From: Auanema rhodensis
Taxonomy: Eukaryota > Animalia > Nematoda
Length of the DNA: 64,000 bases
Direction of reading: 5' to 3'
NCBI GenBank assembly: GCA_964057225.1
Contig: OZ059897.1
Coordinates: 2,356,001-2,420,000, forward strand
The position numbers and the translations under genes were made by a program. Shown in pieces: positions 38,701 to 54,500 of this stretch (the stretch's first letter is position 1; every line of letters starts with the position of its first letter). The notes beneath the pieces are model-generated. The model had not been told where the DNA came from and searched no databases. It was given only the letters and a program-made list of their open reading frames with translations.

Positions 38701-41700
38701 TTTCACCCTGAAGAAATGATTTTTTCGTTGAAAAACATTGTCCATAGTCTTCGTCTTGAAAAAAGGAATCTAAAAACATCTACTTTTTGTGAAATTATTC
38801 AGAAATTTTTCGGGAAAATTTTTGTCAAAATGTTTTTGGAAGCATTGTTGAGTGTACATGGGAACTCAACATACACTAATGCATTATTTTTCAAACGATC
38901 ATAACTAATTTTTGTATAGAGCGTTTCTCAATGTAGTATAATGCATTCGATGCGGATTTTTAAGCTGCGTTGATCTGTGTTATCAGATTTGAGTTAACTT
39001 AAAAATGCACCGAGATATCAACTGATATATGTTCACACTTATATCCTCGATTTTCACCCTGAAGAAATGATTTTTTCGTTGAATAACATTGTCCATCGTC
39101 TTTGCCTTGAAAAAAGAAATCTAAAAACTCCTACTTTTTGTGAAATTATTTAGAAATTTTTCGGGAAAATTTTTGTCACAATGTTTTTGGAAGCAATGTT
39201 GAGTGTACATGGGAACTCAACATACACTAATGCATTATTTTTCAAACGATCATAACTAATTTTTGTATAGAGCGTTTCTCAATGTAGTATAGTGCATTCG
39301 ATGCGGATTTTTAAGCTGCGTTGATCTGTGTTATTAGATTTCAGTTAGCTTAAAAATGCACCGAGATATCAACTGATATAGGTTCACACATGTATCCTCG
39401 ATTTTCACCCTGAAGAAATGATTTTTTCGTTGAAAAACATTGTCCATCGTATTTGTCTTGAAAAAAGGAATCTAAAAACATCTACTTTTTGTGAAATTAT
39501 TTAGAAATTTTTCGGGAAAATTTTTGTCAAAATGTTTTTTTGAAGCAATGTTGAGTGTACATGGGAACTCAACATACACTAATGCATTATTTTTCAAACG
39601 ATCATAACTAATTTTTGTATAGAGCGTTTCTCATTGTAGTATAGTGCATTCGATGCGGATTTTTAAGCTGCGTTGATCTGTGTTATCAGATTTGAGTTAA
39701 CTTAAAAATGCACCGAGATATGAACTGATATAGGTTCACACATATATCCTTGATTTTCACCCTGAAGAAATGATTTTTTCGTTGAAAAACATTGTCCATA
39801 GTCTTCGTCTTGAAAAAAGGAATCTAAAAACATCTACTTTTTGTGAAATTATTCAGAAATTTTTCGGGAAAATTTTTGTCAAAATGTTTTTGGAAGCATT
39901 GTTGAGTGTACATGGGAACTCAACATACACTAATGCATTATTTTTCAAACGATCATAACTAATTTTTGTATAGAGCGTTTCTCAATGTAGTATAGTGCAT
40001 TCGATGCGGATTTTTAAGCTGCGTTGATCTGTGTTATCAGATTTGAGTTAGCTTAAAAATGCACCGAGATATCAACTGATATATGTTCACACTTATATCC
40101 TCGATTTTCACCCTGAAGAATTAATTTTTTCGTTGAATAACATTGTCCATCGTCTTTGCCTTGAAAAAAGAAATCTAAAAACTCCTACTTTATGTGAAAT
40201 TATTTAGAAATTTTTCGGGAAAATTTTTGTCACAATGTTTTTGGAAGCAATGTTGAGTGTACATGGGAACTCAGCATACACTAATGCATTATTTTTCAAA
40301 CGATCATAACTAATCTTTGTATAGAGCGTTTTTTAATGTAGTATAGTGCATTCGATGCGGATTTTTAAGCTGCGTTGATCTGTGTTATCAGATTTGAGTT
40401 AGCTGAAAAATGCACCGAGATATCAACTGATATATGTTCACACTTATATCCTCGATTTTCACCCTGAAGAAATGATTTTTTCGTTGAATAACATTGTCCA
40501 TCGTCTTCGTCTTGAAAAAAGGAATCTAAAAACATCTACTTTTTGTGAAATTATTTAGAAATTTTTCGGGAAAATTTTTGTCAAAATGTTTTTGGAAGCA
40601 ATGTTGAGTGTACATGGGCACTCAACATACACTAATGCATTATTTTTCAAACGATCATAACTAATTTTTGTATAGAGCGTTTCTCAATGTAGTATAGTGC
40701 ATTCGATGCGGATTTTTAAGCTGCGTTGATCTGTGTTATCAGATTTGAGTTAACTTAAAAATGCACCGAGATATCAACTGATATATGTTCACACTTATAT
40801 CCTCGATTTTCACCCTGAAGAAATGATTTTTTCGTTGAAAAACATTGTCCATCGTATTCGTTTTGAAAAAAGAAATCTAAAAACATCTACTTTTTGTGAA
40901 ATTATTTAGAAATTTTTCGGGAAAATTTTTGTCAAAATGTTTTTGGAAGCAATGTTGAGTGTACATGGGAACTCAACATACACTAATGCATTATTTTTCA
41001 AACGATCATAACTAATTTTTGTATAGAGCGTTTCTCATTGTAGTATAGTGCATTCGATGCGGATTTTCAAGCTGCGTTGATCTGTGTTATCAGATTTGAG
41101 TTAACTTGAAAATGCACCGAGATATCAACTGATATAGGTTCACACTTGTATCCTCGATTTTCACCCTGAAGAAATGATTTTTTCGTTGAAAAACATTGTC
41201 CATCGTATTCGTCTTGAAAAAAGGAATCTAAAAACATCTACTTTTTGTGAAATTATTTAGAAATTTTTCGGGAAAATTTTTGTCAAAATGTTTTTGGAAG
41301 CAATGTTGAGTGTACATGGGAACTCAACATACACTAATGCATTATTTTTCAAACGATCATAACTAATTTTTGTATAGAGCGTTTCTCATTGTAGTATAGT
41401 GCATTCGATGCGGATTTTTAAGCTGCGTTGATCTGTGTTATCAGATTTGAGTTAACTTAAAAATGCACCGAGATATCAACTGATATAGGTTCACACATAT
41501 ATCCTCGATTTTCACCCTGAAGAAATGATTTTTTCGTTGAAAAACATTGTCCATCGTCTTCGTCTTGAAAAAAGGAATTTAAAAACATCTACTTTTTGTG
41601 AAATTATTCAGAAATTTTTCGGGAAAATTTTTGTCAAAATGTTTTTGGAAGCAATGTTGAGTGTACATGGGAACTCAACATACACTAATGCATTATTTTT

Positions 41701-43880
41701 CAAACGATCATAACTAATTTTTGTATAGAGCGTTTCTCAATGTAGTATAGTGCATTCGATGCGGATTTTTAAGCTGCGTTGATCTGTGTTATCAGATTTG
41801 AGTTAGCTTAAAAATGCACCGAGTAATCAACTGATATAGGTTCACACTTATATCCTCGATTTTCACCCTGAAGAATTAATTTTTTCGTTGAATAACATTG
41901 TCCATCGTCTTTGCCTTGAAAAAAGAAATCCAAAAACTCCTACTTTTTGTGAAATTATTTAGAAATTTTTCGGGAAAATTTTTGTCAAAATGTTTTTGGA
42001 AGCAATGTTGAGTGTACATGGGAACTCAACATACACTAATGCATTATTTTTCAAACGATCATAACTAATTTTTGTATAGAGCGTTTCTCAATGTAGTATA
42101 GTGCATTCGATGCGGATTTTTAAGCTGCGTTGATCTGTGTTATCAGATTTGAGTTAACTTAAAAATGCACCGAGTAATCAACTGATATAGGTTCACACTT
42201 ATATCCTCGATTTTCACCCTGAAGAATTAATTTTTTCGTTGAATAACATTGTCCATCGTATTCGTCTTGAAAAAAGGAATCTAAAAACATCTACTTTTTG
42301 TGAAATTATTTAGAAATTTTTCGGGAAAATTTTTGTCAAAATGTTTTTGGAAGCAATGTTGAGTGTACATGGGAACTCAACATACACTAATGCATTATTT
42401 TTCAAACGATCATAACTAATTTTTGTATAGAGCGTTTCTCAATGTAGTATAGTGCATTCGATGCGGATTTTTAAGCTGCGTTGATCTGTGTTATCAGATT
42501 TGAGTTAGCTTAAAAATGCACCGAGTAATCAACTGATATAGGTTCACACTTATATCCTCGATTTTCACCCTGAAGAATTAATTTTTTCGTTGAATAACAT
42601 TGTCCATCGTCTTTGCCTTGAAAAAAGAAATCCAAAAACTCCTACTTTTTGTGAAATTATTTAGAAATTTTTCGGGAAAATTTTTGTCAAAATGTTTTTG
42701 GAAGCAATGTTGAGTGTACATGGGAACTCAACATACACTAATGCATTATTTTTCAAACGATCATAACTAATTTTTGTATAGAGCGTTTCTCAATGTAGTA
42801 TAGTGCATTCGATGCGGATTTTTAAGCTGCGTTGATCTGTGTTATCAGATTTGAGTTAACTTAAAAATGCACCGAGTAATCAACTGATATAGGTTCACAC
42901 ATATATCCTCGATTTTCACCCTGAAGAAATGATTTTTTCGTTGAAAAACATTGTCCATCGTCTTCGTCTTGAAAAAAGGAATCTAAAAACATCTACTTTT
43001 TGTGAAATTATTCAGAAATTTTTCGGGAAAATTTTTGTCAAAATGTTTTTGGAAGCAATGTTGAGTGTACATGGGAACTCAACATACACTAATGCATTAT
43101 TTTTCAAACGATCATAACTAATTTTTGTATAGAGCGTTTCTCAATGTAGTATAGTGCATTCGATGCGGATTTTTAAGCTGCGTTGATCTGTGTTATCAGA
43201 TTTGAGTTAGCTTAAAAATGCACCGAGTAATCAACTGATATAGGTTCACACTTATATCCTCGATTTTCACCCTGAAGAATTAATTTTTTCGTTGAATAAC
43301 ATTGTCCATCGTCTTTGCCTTGAAAAAAGAAATCCAAAAACTCCTACTTTTTGTGAAATTATTTAGAAACTTTTCGGGAAAATTTTTGTCAAAATGTTTT
43401 TGGAAGCAATGTTGAGTGTACATGGGAACTCAACATACACTAATGCATTATTTTTCAAACGATCATAACTAATTTTTGTATAGAGCGTTTCTCAATGTAG
43501 TATAGTGCATTCGATGCGGATTTTTAAGCTGCGTTGATCTGTGTTATCAGATTTGAGTTAACTTAAAAACGCACCGAGTAATCAACTGATATAGGTTCAC
43601 ACTTATATCCTCGATTTTCACCCTGAAGAATTAATTTTTTCGTTGAATAACATTGTCCATCGTCTTTGCCTTGAAAAAAGAAATCCAAAAACTCCTACTT
43701 TTTGTGAAATTATTTAGAAATTTTTCGGGAAAATTTTTGTCACAATGTTTTTGGAAGCAATGTTGAGTGTACATGGGAACTCAGCATACACTAATGCATT
43801 ATTTTTCAAACGATCATAACTAATTTTTGTATAGAGCGTTTCTCAATGTAGTATAGTGCATTCGATGCGGATTTTTAAGC
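35750..43880. repeat. ~8.1-kb (23-monomer) block, copy A; duplicated 15796 bp downstream
   Basis: ORF starts 37663/38716/39770/41525/42929 map to 53459/54512/55566/57321/58725 (all +15796). Rare SNPs gaaGaaag ~37355/53151, gaaaCtttt ~43369/59165 and aaaaCgca 43570/59366 are shared. Confidence 0.92.
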
Positions 43881-46659
43881 TGCGTTGATCTGTGTTATTA
43901 GATTTCAGTTAGCTTAAAAATGCACCGAGATATCAACTGATATAGGTTCACACATGTATCCTCGATTTTCACCCTGAAGAAATGATTTTTTCGTTGAAAA
44001 ACATTGTCCATCGTATTCGTCTTGAAAAAAGGAATCTAAAAACATCTACTTTTTGTGAAATTATTTAGAAATTTTTCGGGAAAATTTTTGTCAAAATGTT
44101 TTTGGAAGCAATGTTGAGTGTACATGGGAACTCAACATACACTAATGCATTATTTTTCAAACGATCATAACTAATTTTTGTATAGAGCGTTTCTCAATGT
44201 AGTATAGTGCATTCGATGCGGATTTTTAAGCTGCGTTGATCTGTGTTATCAGATTTGAGTTAACTTAAAAATGCACCGAGTAATCAACTGATATAGGTTC
44301 ACACTTATATCCTCGATTTTCACCCTGAAGAATTAATTTTTTCGTTGAATAACATTGTCCATCGTCTTTGCCTTGAAAAAAGAAATCCAAAAACTCCTAC
44401 TTTTTGTGAAATTATTTAGAAATTTTTCGGGAAAATTTTTGTCACAATGTTTTTGGAAGCAATGTTGAGTGTACATGGGAACTCAGCATACACTAATGCA
44501 TTATTTTTCAAACGATCATAACTAATTTTTGTATAGAGCGTTTCTCAATGTAGTATAGTGCATTCGATGCGGATTTTTAAGCTGCGTTGATCTGTGTTAT
44601 TAGATTTCAGTTAGCTTAAAAATGCACCGAGATATCAACTGATATAGGTTCACACATGTATCCTCGATTTTCACCCTGAAGAAATGATTTTTTCGTTGAA
44701 AAACATTGTCCATCGTATTCGTCTTGAAAAAAGGAATCTAAAAACATCTACTTTTTGTGAAATTATTTAGAAATTTTTCGGGAAAATTTTTGTCAAAATG
44801 TTTTTGGAAGCAATGTTGAGTGTACATGGGAACTCAACATACACTAATGCATTATTTTTCAAACGATCATAACTAATTTTTGTATGGAGCGTTTCCCAAT
44901 GTAGTATAGTGCATTCGATGCGGATTTTTAAGCTGCGTTGATCTGTGTTATCAGATTTGAGTTAACTTAAAAATGCACCGAGATATGAACTGATATAGGT
45001 TCACACATATATCCTTGATTTTCACCCTGAAGAAATGATTTTTTCGTTGAAAAACATTGTCCATAGTCTTCGTCTTGAAAAAAGGAATCTAAAAACATCT
45101 ACTTTTTGTGAAATTATTCAGAAATTTTTCGGGAAAATTTTTGTCAAAATGTTTTTGGAAGCAATGTTGAGTGTACATGGGAACTCAACATACACTAATG
45201 CATTATTTTTCAAACGATCATAACTAATTTTTGTATAGAGCGTTTCTCAATGTAGTATAGTGCATTCGATGCGGATTTTTAAGCTGCGTTGATCTGTGTT
45301 ATCAGATTTGAGTTAACTTAAAAATGCACCGAGTAATCAACTGATATAGGTTCACACTTATATCCTCGATTTTCACCCTGAAGAATTAATTTTTTCGTTG
45401 AATAACATTGTCCATCGTCTTTGCCTTGAAAAAAGAAATCCAAAAACTCCTACTTTTTGTGAAATTATTTAGAAATTTTTCGGGAAAATTTTTGTCACAA
45501 TGTTTTTGGAAGCAATGTTGAGTGTACATGGGAACTCAGCATACACTAATGCATTATTTTTCAAACGATCATAACTAATTTTTGTATAGAGCGTTTCTCA
45601 ATGTAGTATAGTGCATTCGATGCGGATTTTTAAGCTGCGTTGATCTGTGTTATTAGATTTCAGTTAGCTTAAAAATGCACCGAGATATCAACTGATATAG
45701 GTTCACACATGTATCCTCGATTTTCACCCTGAAGAAATGATTTTTTCGTTGAAAAACATTGTCCATCGTATTCGTCTTGAAAAAAGGAATCTAAAAACAT
45801 CTACTTTTTGTGAAATTATTTAGAAATTTTTCGGGAAAATTTTTGTCAAAATGTTTTTGGAAGCAATGTTGAGTGTACATGGGAACTCAACATACACTAA
45901 TGCATTATTTTTCAAACGATCATAACTAGTTTTTGTATAGAGCGTTTCTCATTGTAGTATAGTGCATTCGATGCGGATTTTTAAGCTGCGTTGATCTGTG
46001 TTATCAGATTTGAGTTAACTTAAAAATGCACCGAGATATGAACTGATATAGGTTCACACATATATCCTTGATTTTCACCCTGAAGAAATGATTTTTTCGT
46101 TGAAAAACATTGTCCATAGTCTTCGTCTTGAAAAAAGGAATCTAAAAACATCTACTTTTTGTGAAATTATTCAGAAATTTTTCGGGAAAATTTTTGTCAA
46201 AATGTTTTTGGAAGCAATGTTGAGTGTACATGGGAACTCAACATACACTAATGCATTATTTTTCAAACGATCATAACTAATTTTTGTATGGAGCGTTTCT
46301 CAATGTAGTATAGTGCATTCGATGCGGATTTTTAAGCTGCGTTGATCTGTGTTATCAGATTTGAGTTAGCTTAAAAATGCACCGAGATATCAACTGATAT
46401 ATGTTCACACTTATATCCTCGATTTTCACCCTGAAGAATTAATTTTTTCGTTGAATAACATTGTCCATCGTCTTTGCCTTGAAAAAAGAAATCTAAAAAC
46501 TCCTACTTTTTGTGAAATTATTTAGAAATTTTTCGGGAAAATTTTTGTCACAATGTTTTTGGAAGCAATGTTGAGTGTACATGGGAACTCAGCATACACT
46601 AATGCATTATTTTTCAAACGATCATAACTAATCTTTGTATAGAGCGTTTTTTAATGTAG

Positions 46660-49600
46660 TATAGTGCATTCGATGCGGATTTTTAAGCTGCGTTGATCTG
46701 TGTTATCAGATTTGAGTTAGCTGAAAAATGCACCGAGATATCAACTGATATATGTTCACACTTATATCCTCGATTTTCACCCTGAAGAAATGATTTTTTC
46801 GTTGAATAACATTGTCCATCGTCTTCGTCTTGAAAAAAGGAATCTAAAAACATCTACTTTTTGTGAAATTATTTAGAAATTTTTCGGGAAAATTTTTGTC
46901 AAAATGTTTTTGGAAGCAATGTTGAGTGTACATGGGCACTCAACATACACTAATGCATTATTTTTCAAACGATCATAACTAATTTTTGTATAGAGCGTTT
47001 CTCAATGTAGTATAGTGCATTCGATGCGGATTTTTAAGCTGCGTTGATCTGTGTTATCAGATTTGAGTTAACTTAAAAATGCACCGAGATATCAACTGAT
47101 ATAGGTTCACACATATATCCTCGATTTTCACCCTGAAGAAATGATTTTTTCGTTGAAAAACATTGTCCATCGTCTTCGTCTTGAAAAAAGGAATCTAAAA
47201 ACATCTACTTTTTGTGAAATTATTCAGAAATTTTTCGGGAAAATTTTTGTCAAAATGTTTTTGGAAGCAATGTTGAGTGTACATGGGAACTCAACATACA
47301 CTAATGCATTATTTTTCAAACGATCATAACTAATTTTTGTATAGAGCGTTTCTCAATGTAGTATAGTGCATTCGATGCGGATTTTTAAGCTGCGTTGATC
47401 TGTGTTATCAGATTTGAGTTAGCTTAAAAATGCACCGAGATATCAACTGATATATGTTCACACTTATATCCTCGATTTTCACCCTGAAGAATTAATTTTT
47501 TCGTTGAATAACATTGTCCATCGTCTTTGCCTTGAAAAAAGAAATCTAAAAACTCCTACTTTTTGTGAAATTATTTAGAAATTTTTCGGGAAAATTTTTG
47601 TCAAAATGTTTTTGGAAGCAATGTTGAGTGTACATGGGAACTCAACATACACTAATGCATTATTTTTCAAACGATCATAACTAATTTTTGTATAGAGCGT
47701 TTCTCAATGTAGTATAGTGCATTCGATGCGGATTTTTAAGCTGCGTTGATCTGTGTTATCAGATTTGAGTTAACTTAAAAATGCACCGAGATATCAACTG
47801 ATATATGTTCACACTTATATCCTCGATTTTCACCCTGAAGAAATGATTTTTTCGTTGAAAAACATTGTCCATCGTATTCGTTTTGAAAAAAAAAATCTAA
47901 AAACATCTACTTTTTGTGAAATTATTTAGAAATTTTTCGGGAAAATTTTTGTCAAAATGTTTTTGGAAGCAATGTTGAGTGTACATGGGAACTCAACATA
48001 CACTAATGCATTATTTTTCAAACGATCATAACTAATTTTTGTATAGAGCGTTTCTCATTGTAGTATAGTGCATTCGATGCGGATTTTCAAGCTGCGTTGA
48101 TCTGTGTTATCAGATTTGAGTTAACTTAAAAATGCACCGAGATATCAACTGATATAGGTTCACACTTGTATCCTCGATTTTCACCCTGAAGAAATGATTT
48201 TTTCGTTGAAAAACATTGTCCATCGTATTCGTCTTGAAAAAAGGAATCTAAAAACATCTACTTTTTGTGAAATTATTTAGAAATTTTTCGGGAAAATTTT
48301 TGTCAAAATGTTTTTGGAAGCAATGTTGAGTGTACATGGGAACTCAACATACACTAATGCATTATTTTTCAAACGATCATAACTAATTTTTGTATAGAGC
48401 GTTTCTCATTGTAGTATAGTGCATTCGATGCGGATTTTCAAGCTGCGTTGATCTGTGTTATCAGATTTGAGTTAACTTAAAAATGCACCGAGATATCAAC
48501 TGATATAGGTTCACACTTGTATCCTCGATTTTCACCCTGAAGAAATGATTTTTTCGTTGAAAAACATTGTCCATCGTATTCGTCTTGAAAAAAGGAATCT
48601 AAAAACATCTACTTTTCGTGAAATTATTCAGAAATTTTTCGGGAAAATTTTTGTCAAAATGTTTTTGGAAGCAATGTTGAGTGTACATGGGAACTCAACA
48701 TACACTAATGCATTATTTTTCAAACGATCATAACTAATTTTTGTATAGAGCGTTTCTCAATGTAGTATAGTGCATTCGATGCGGATTTTTAAGCTGCGTT
48801 GATCTGTGTTATCAGATTTGAGTTAGCTGAAAAATGCACCGAGATATCAACTGATATATGTTCACACTTATATCCTCGATTTTCACCCTGAAGAAATGAT
48901 TTTTTCGTTGAATAACATTGTCCATCGTCTTCGTCTTGAAAAAAGGAATCTAAAAACATCTACTTTTTGTGAAATTATTTAGAAATTTTTCGGGAAAATT
49001 TTTGTCAAAATGTTTTTGGAAGCAATGTTGAGTGTACATGGGCACTCAACATACACTAATGCATTATTTTTCAAACGATCATAACTAATTTTTGTATAGA
49101 GCGTTTCTCAATGTAGTATAGTGCATTCGATGCGGATTTTTAAGCTGCGTTGATCTGTGTTATCAGATTTGAGTTAACTTAAAAATGCACCGAGATATCA
49201 ACTGATATAGGTTCACACATATATCCTCGATTTTCACCCTGAAGAAATGATTTTTTCGTTGAAAAACATTGTCCATCGTCTTCGTCTTGAAAAAAGGAAT
49301 CTAAAAACATCTACTTTTTGTGAAATTATTCAGAAATTTTTCGGGAAAATTTTTGTCAAAATGTTTTTGGAAGCAATGTTGAGTGTACATGGGAACTCAA
49401 CATACACTAATGCATTATTTTTCAAACGATCATAACTAATTTTTGTATAGAGCGTTTCTCAATGTAGTATAGTGCATTCGATGCGGATTTTTAAGCTGCG
49501 TTGATCTGTGTTATCAGATTTGAGTTAGCTTAAAAATGCACCGAGATATCAACTGATATATGTTCACACTTATATCCTCGATTTTCACCCTGAAGAATTA

Positions 49601-50920
49601 ATTTTTTCGTTGAATAACATTGTCCATCGTCTTTGCCTTGAAAAAAGAAATCTAAAAACTCCTACTTTTTGTGAAATTATTTAGAAATTTTTCGGGAAAA
49701 TTTTTGTCAAAATGTTTTTGGAAGCAATGTTGAGTGTACATGGGAACTCAACATACACTAATGCATTATTTTTCAAACGATCATAACTAATTTTTGTATA
49801 GAGCGTTTCTCAATGTAGTATAGTGCATTCGATGCGGATTTTTAAGCTGCGTTGATCTGTGTTATCAGATTTGAGTTAACTTAAAAATGCACCGAGATAT
49901 CAACTGATATATGTTCACACTTATATCCTCGATTTTCACCCTGAAGAAATGATTTTTTCGTTGAAAAACATTGTCCATCGTATTCGTTTTGAAAAAAAAA
50001 ATCTAAAAACATCTACTTTTTGTGAAATTATTTAGAAATTTTTCGGGAAAATTTTTGTCAAAATGTTTTTGGAAGCAATGTTGAGTGTACATGGGAACTC
50101 AACATACACTAATGCATTATTTTTCAAACGATCATAACTAATTTTTGTATAGAGCGTTTCTCATTGTAGTATAGTGCATTCGATGCGGATTTTCAAGCTG
50201 CGTTGATCTGTGTTATCAGATTTGAGTTAACTTAAAAATGCACCGAGATATCAACTGATATAGGTTCACACTTGTATCCTCGATTTTCACCCTGAAGAAA
50301 TGATTTTTTCGTTGAAAAACATTGTCCATCGTATTCGTCTTGAAAAAAGGAATCTAAAAACATCTACTTTTTGTGAAATTATTTAGAAATTTTTCGGGAA
50401 AATTTTTGTCAAAATGTTTTTGGAAGCAATGTTGAGTGTACATGGGAACTCAACATACACTAATGCATTATTTTTCAAACGATCATAACTAATTTTTGTA
50501 TAGAGCGTTTCTCATTGTAGTATAGTGCATTCGATGCGGATTTTCAAGCTGCGTTGATCTGTGTTATCAGATTTGAGTTAACTTAAAAATGCACCGAGAT
50601 ATCAACTGATATAGGTTCACACTTGTATCCTCGATTTTCACCCTGAAGAAATGATTTTTTCGTTGAAAAACATTGTCCATCGTATTCGTCTTGAAAAAAG
50701 GAATCTAAAAACATCTACTTTTCGTGAAATTATTCAGAAATTTTTCGGGAAAATTTTTGTCAAAATGTTTTTGGAAGCAATGTTGAGTGTACATGGGAAC
50801 TCAACATACACTAATGCATTATTTTTCAAACGATCATAACTAATTTTTGTATAGAGCGTTTCTCAATGTAGTATAGTGCATTCGATGCGGATTTTTAAGC
50901 TGCGTTGATCTGTGTTATCA
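46660..50920. repeat. Apparently perfect tandem duplication of a 6-monomer (2106-bp) unit
   Basis: ORFs 47141/49247 and 48545/50651; gggCac ~46937/49043; long A-run ~47886/49992; ttttCgtg ~48616/50722. Confidence 0.9.
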
Positions 50921-51549
50921 GATTTGAGTTAACTTAAAAATGCACCGAGATATCAACTGATATATGTTCACACTTATATCCTCGATTTTCACCCTGAAGA
51001 AATGATTTTTTCGTTGAAAAACATTGTCCATCGTATTCGTTTTGAAAAAAGAAATCTAAAAACATCTACTTTTTGTGAAATTATTTAGAAATTTTTCGGG
51101 AAAATTTTTGTCAAAATGTTTTTGGAAGCAATGTTGAGTGTACATGGGAACTCAACATACACTAATGCATTATTTTTCAAACGATCATAACTAATTTTTG
51201 TATAGAGCGTTTCTCATTGTAGTATAGTGCATTCGATGCGGATTTTCAAGCTGCGTTGATCTGTGTTATCAGATTTGAGTTAACTTAAAAATGCACCGAG
51301 ATATCAACTGATATAGGTTCACACTTGTATCCTCGATTTTCACCCTGAAGAAATGATTTTTTCGTTGAAAAACATTGTCCATCGTATTCGTCTTGAAAAA
51401 AGGAATCTAAAAACATCTACTTTTTGTGAAATTATTTAGAAATTTTTCGGGAAAATTTTTGTCAAAATGTTTTTGGAAGCAATGTTGAGTGTACATGGGA
51501 ACTCAACATACACTAATGCATTATTTTTCAAACGATCATAACTAATTTT

Positions 51550-54500
51550 TGTATAGAGCGTTTCTCAATGTAGTATAGTGCATTCGATGCGGATTTTTAA
51601 GCTGCGTTGATCTGTGTTATCAGATTTGAGTTAGCTTAAAAATGCACCGAGTAATCAACTGATATAGGTTCACACTTATATCCTCGATTTTCACCCTGAA
51701 GAATTAATTTTTTCGTTGAATAACATTGTCCATCGTCTTTGCCTTGAAAAAAGAAATCCAAAAACTCCTACTTTTTGTGAAATTATTTAGAAATTTTTCG
51801 GGAAAATTTTTGTCAAAATGTTTTTGGAAGCAATGTTGAGTGTACATGGGAACTCAACATACACTAATGCATTATTTTTCAAACGATCATAACTAATTTT
51901 TGTATAGAGCGTTTCTCAATGTAGTATAGTGCATTCGATGCGGATTTTTAAGCTGCGTTGATCTGTGTTATCAGATTTGAGTTAACTTAAAAATGCACCG
52001 AGTAATCAACTGATATAGGTTCACACTTATATCCTCGATTTTCACCCTGAAGAATTAATTTTTTCGTTGAATAACATTGTCCATCGTCTTTGCCTTGAAA
52101 AAAGAAATCCAAAAACTCCTACTTTTTGTGAAATTATTTAGAAATTTTTCGGGAAAATTTTTGTCACAATGTTTTTGGAAGCAATGTTGAGTGTACATGG
52201 GAACTCAGCATACACTAATGCATTATTTTTCAAACGATCATAACTAATTTTTGTATAGAGCGTTTCTCAATGTAGTATAGTGCATTCGATGCGGATTTTT
52301 AAGCTGCGTTGATCTGTGTTATTAGATTTCAGTTAGCTTAAAAATGCACCGAGATATCAACTGATATAGGTTCACACATGTATCCTCGATTTTCACCCTG
52401 AAGAATTAATTTTTTCGTTGAATAACATTGTCCATCGTCTTTGCCTTGAAAAAAGAAATCCAAAAACTCCTACTTTTTGTGAAATTATTTAGAAATTTTT
52501 CGGGAAAATTTTTGTCACAATGTTTTTGGAAGCAATGTTGAGTGTACATGGGAACTCAGCATACACTAATGCATTATTTTTCAAACGATCATAACTAATT
52601 TTTGTATAGAGCGTTTCTCAATGTAGTATAGTGCATTCGATGCGGATTTTTAAGCTGCGTTGATCTGTGTTATTAGATTTCAGTTAGCTTAAAAATGCAC
52701 CGAGATATCAACTGATATAGGTTCACACATGTATCCTCGATTTTCACCCTGAAGAAATGATTTTTTCGTTGAAAAACATTGTCCATCGTATTCGTCTTGA
52801 AAAAAGGAATCTAAAAACATCTACTTTTTGTGAAATTATTTAGAAATTTTTCGGGAAAATTTTTGTCAAAATGTTTTTGGAAGCAATGTTGAGTGTACAT
52901 GGGAACTCAACATACACTAATGCATTATTTTTCAAACGATCATAACTAATTTTTGTATAGAGCGTTTCTCAATGTAGTATAGTGCATTCGATGCGGATTT
53001 TTAAGCTGCGTTGATCTGTGTTATCAGATTTGAGTTAGCTTAAAAATGCACCGAGTAATCAACTGATATAGGTTCACACTTATATCCTCGATTTTCACCC
53101 TGAAGAATTAATTTTTTCGTTGAATAACATTGTCCATCGTCTTTGCCTTGAAGAAAGAAATCCAAAAACTCCTACTTTTTGTGAAATTATTTAGAAATTT
53201 TTCGGGAAAATTTTTGTCAAAATGTTTTTGGAAGCAATGTTGAGTGTACATGGGAACTCAACATACACTAATGCATTATTTTTCAAACGATCATAACTAA
53301 TTTTTGTATAGAGCGTTTCTCAATGTAGTATAGTGCATTCGATGCGGATTTTTAAGCTGCGTTGATCTGTGTTATCAGATTTGAGTTAACTTAAAAATGC
53401 ACCGAGTAATCAACTGATATAGGTTCACACATATATCCTCGATTTTCACCCTGAAGAAATGATTTTTTCGTTGAAAAACATTGTCCATCGTCTTCGTCTT
53501 GAAAAAAGGAATCTAAAAACATCTACTTTTTGTGAAATTATTCAGAAATTTTTCGGGAAAATTTTTGTCAAAATGTTTTTGGAAGCAATGTTGAGTGTAC
53601 ATGGGAACTCAACATACACTAATGCATTATTTTTCAAACGATCATAACTAATTTTTGTATAGAGCGTTTCTCAATGTAGTATAGTGCATTCGATGCGGAT
53701 TTTTAAGCTGCGTTGATCTGTGTTATCAGATTTGAGTTAGCTTAAAAATGCACCGAGTAATCAACTGATATAGGTTCACACTTATATCCTCGATTTTCAC
53801 CCTGAAGAATTAATTTTTTCGTTGAATAACATTGTCCATCGTCTTTGCCTTGAAAAAAGAAATCCAAAAACTCCTACTTTTTGTGAAATTATTTAGAAAT
53901 TTTTCGGGAAAATTTTTGTCAAAATGTTTTTGGAAGCAATGTTGAGTGTACATGGGAACTCAACATACACTAATGCATTATTTTTCAAACGATCATAACT
54001 AATTTTTGTATAGAGCGTTTCTCAATGTAGTATAGTGCATTCGATGCGGATTTTTAAGCTGCGTTGATCTGTGTTATTAGATTTCAGTTAGCTTAAAAAT
54101 GCACCGAGATATCAACTGATATAGGTTCACACATGTATCCTCGATTTTCACCCTGAAGAAATGATTTTTTCGTTGAAAAACATTGTCCATCGTATTCGTC
54201 TTGAAAAAAGGAATCTAAAAACATCTACTTTTTGTGAAATTATTTAGAAATTTTTCGGGAACATTTTTGTCAAAATGTTTTTGGAAGCAATGTTGAGTGT
54301 ACATGGGAACTCAACATACACTAATGCATTATTTTTCAAACGATCATAACTAATTTTTGTATAGAGCGTTTCTCATTGTAGTATAGTGCATTCGATGCGG
54401 ATTTTTAAGCTGCGTTGATCTGTGTTATCAGATTTGAGTTAACTTAAAAATGCACCGAGATATGAACTGATATAGGTTCACACATATATCCTTGATTTTC

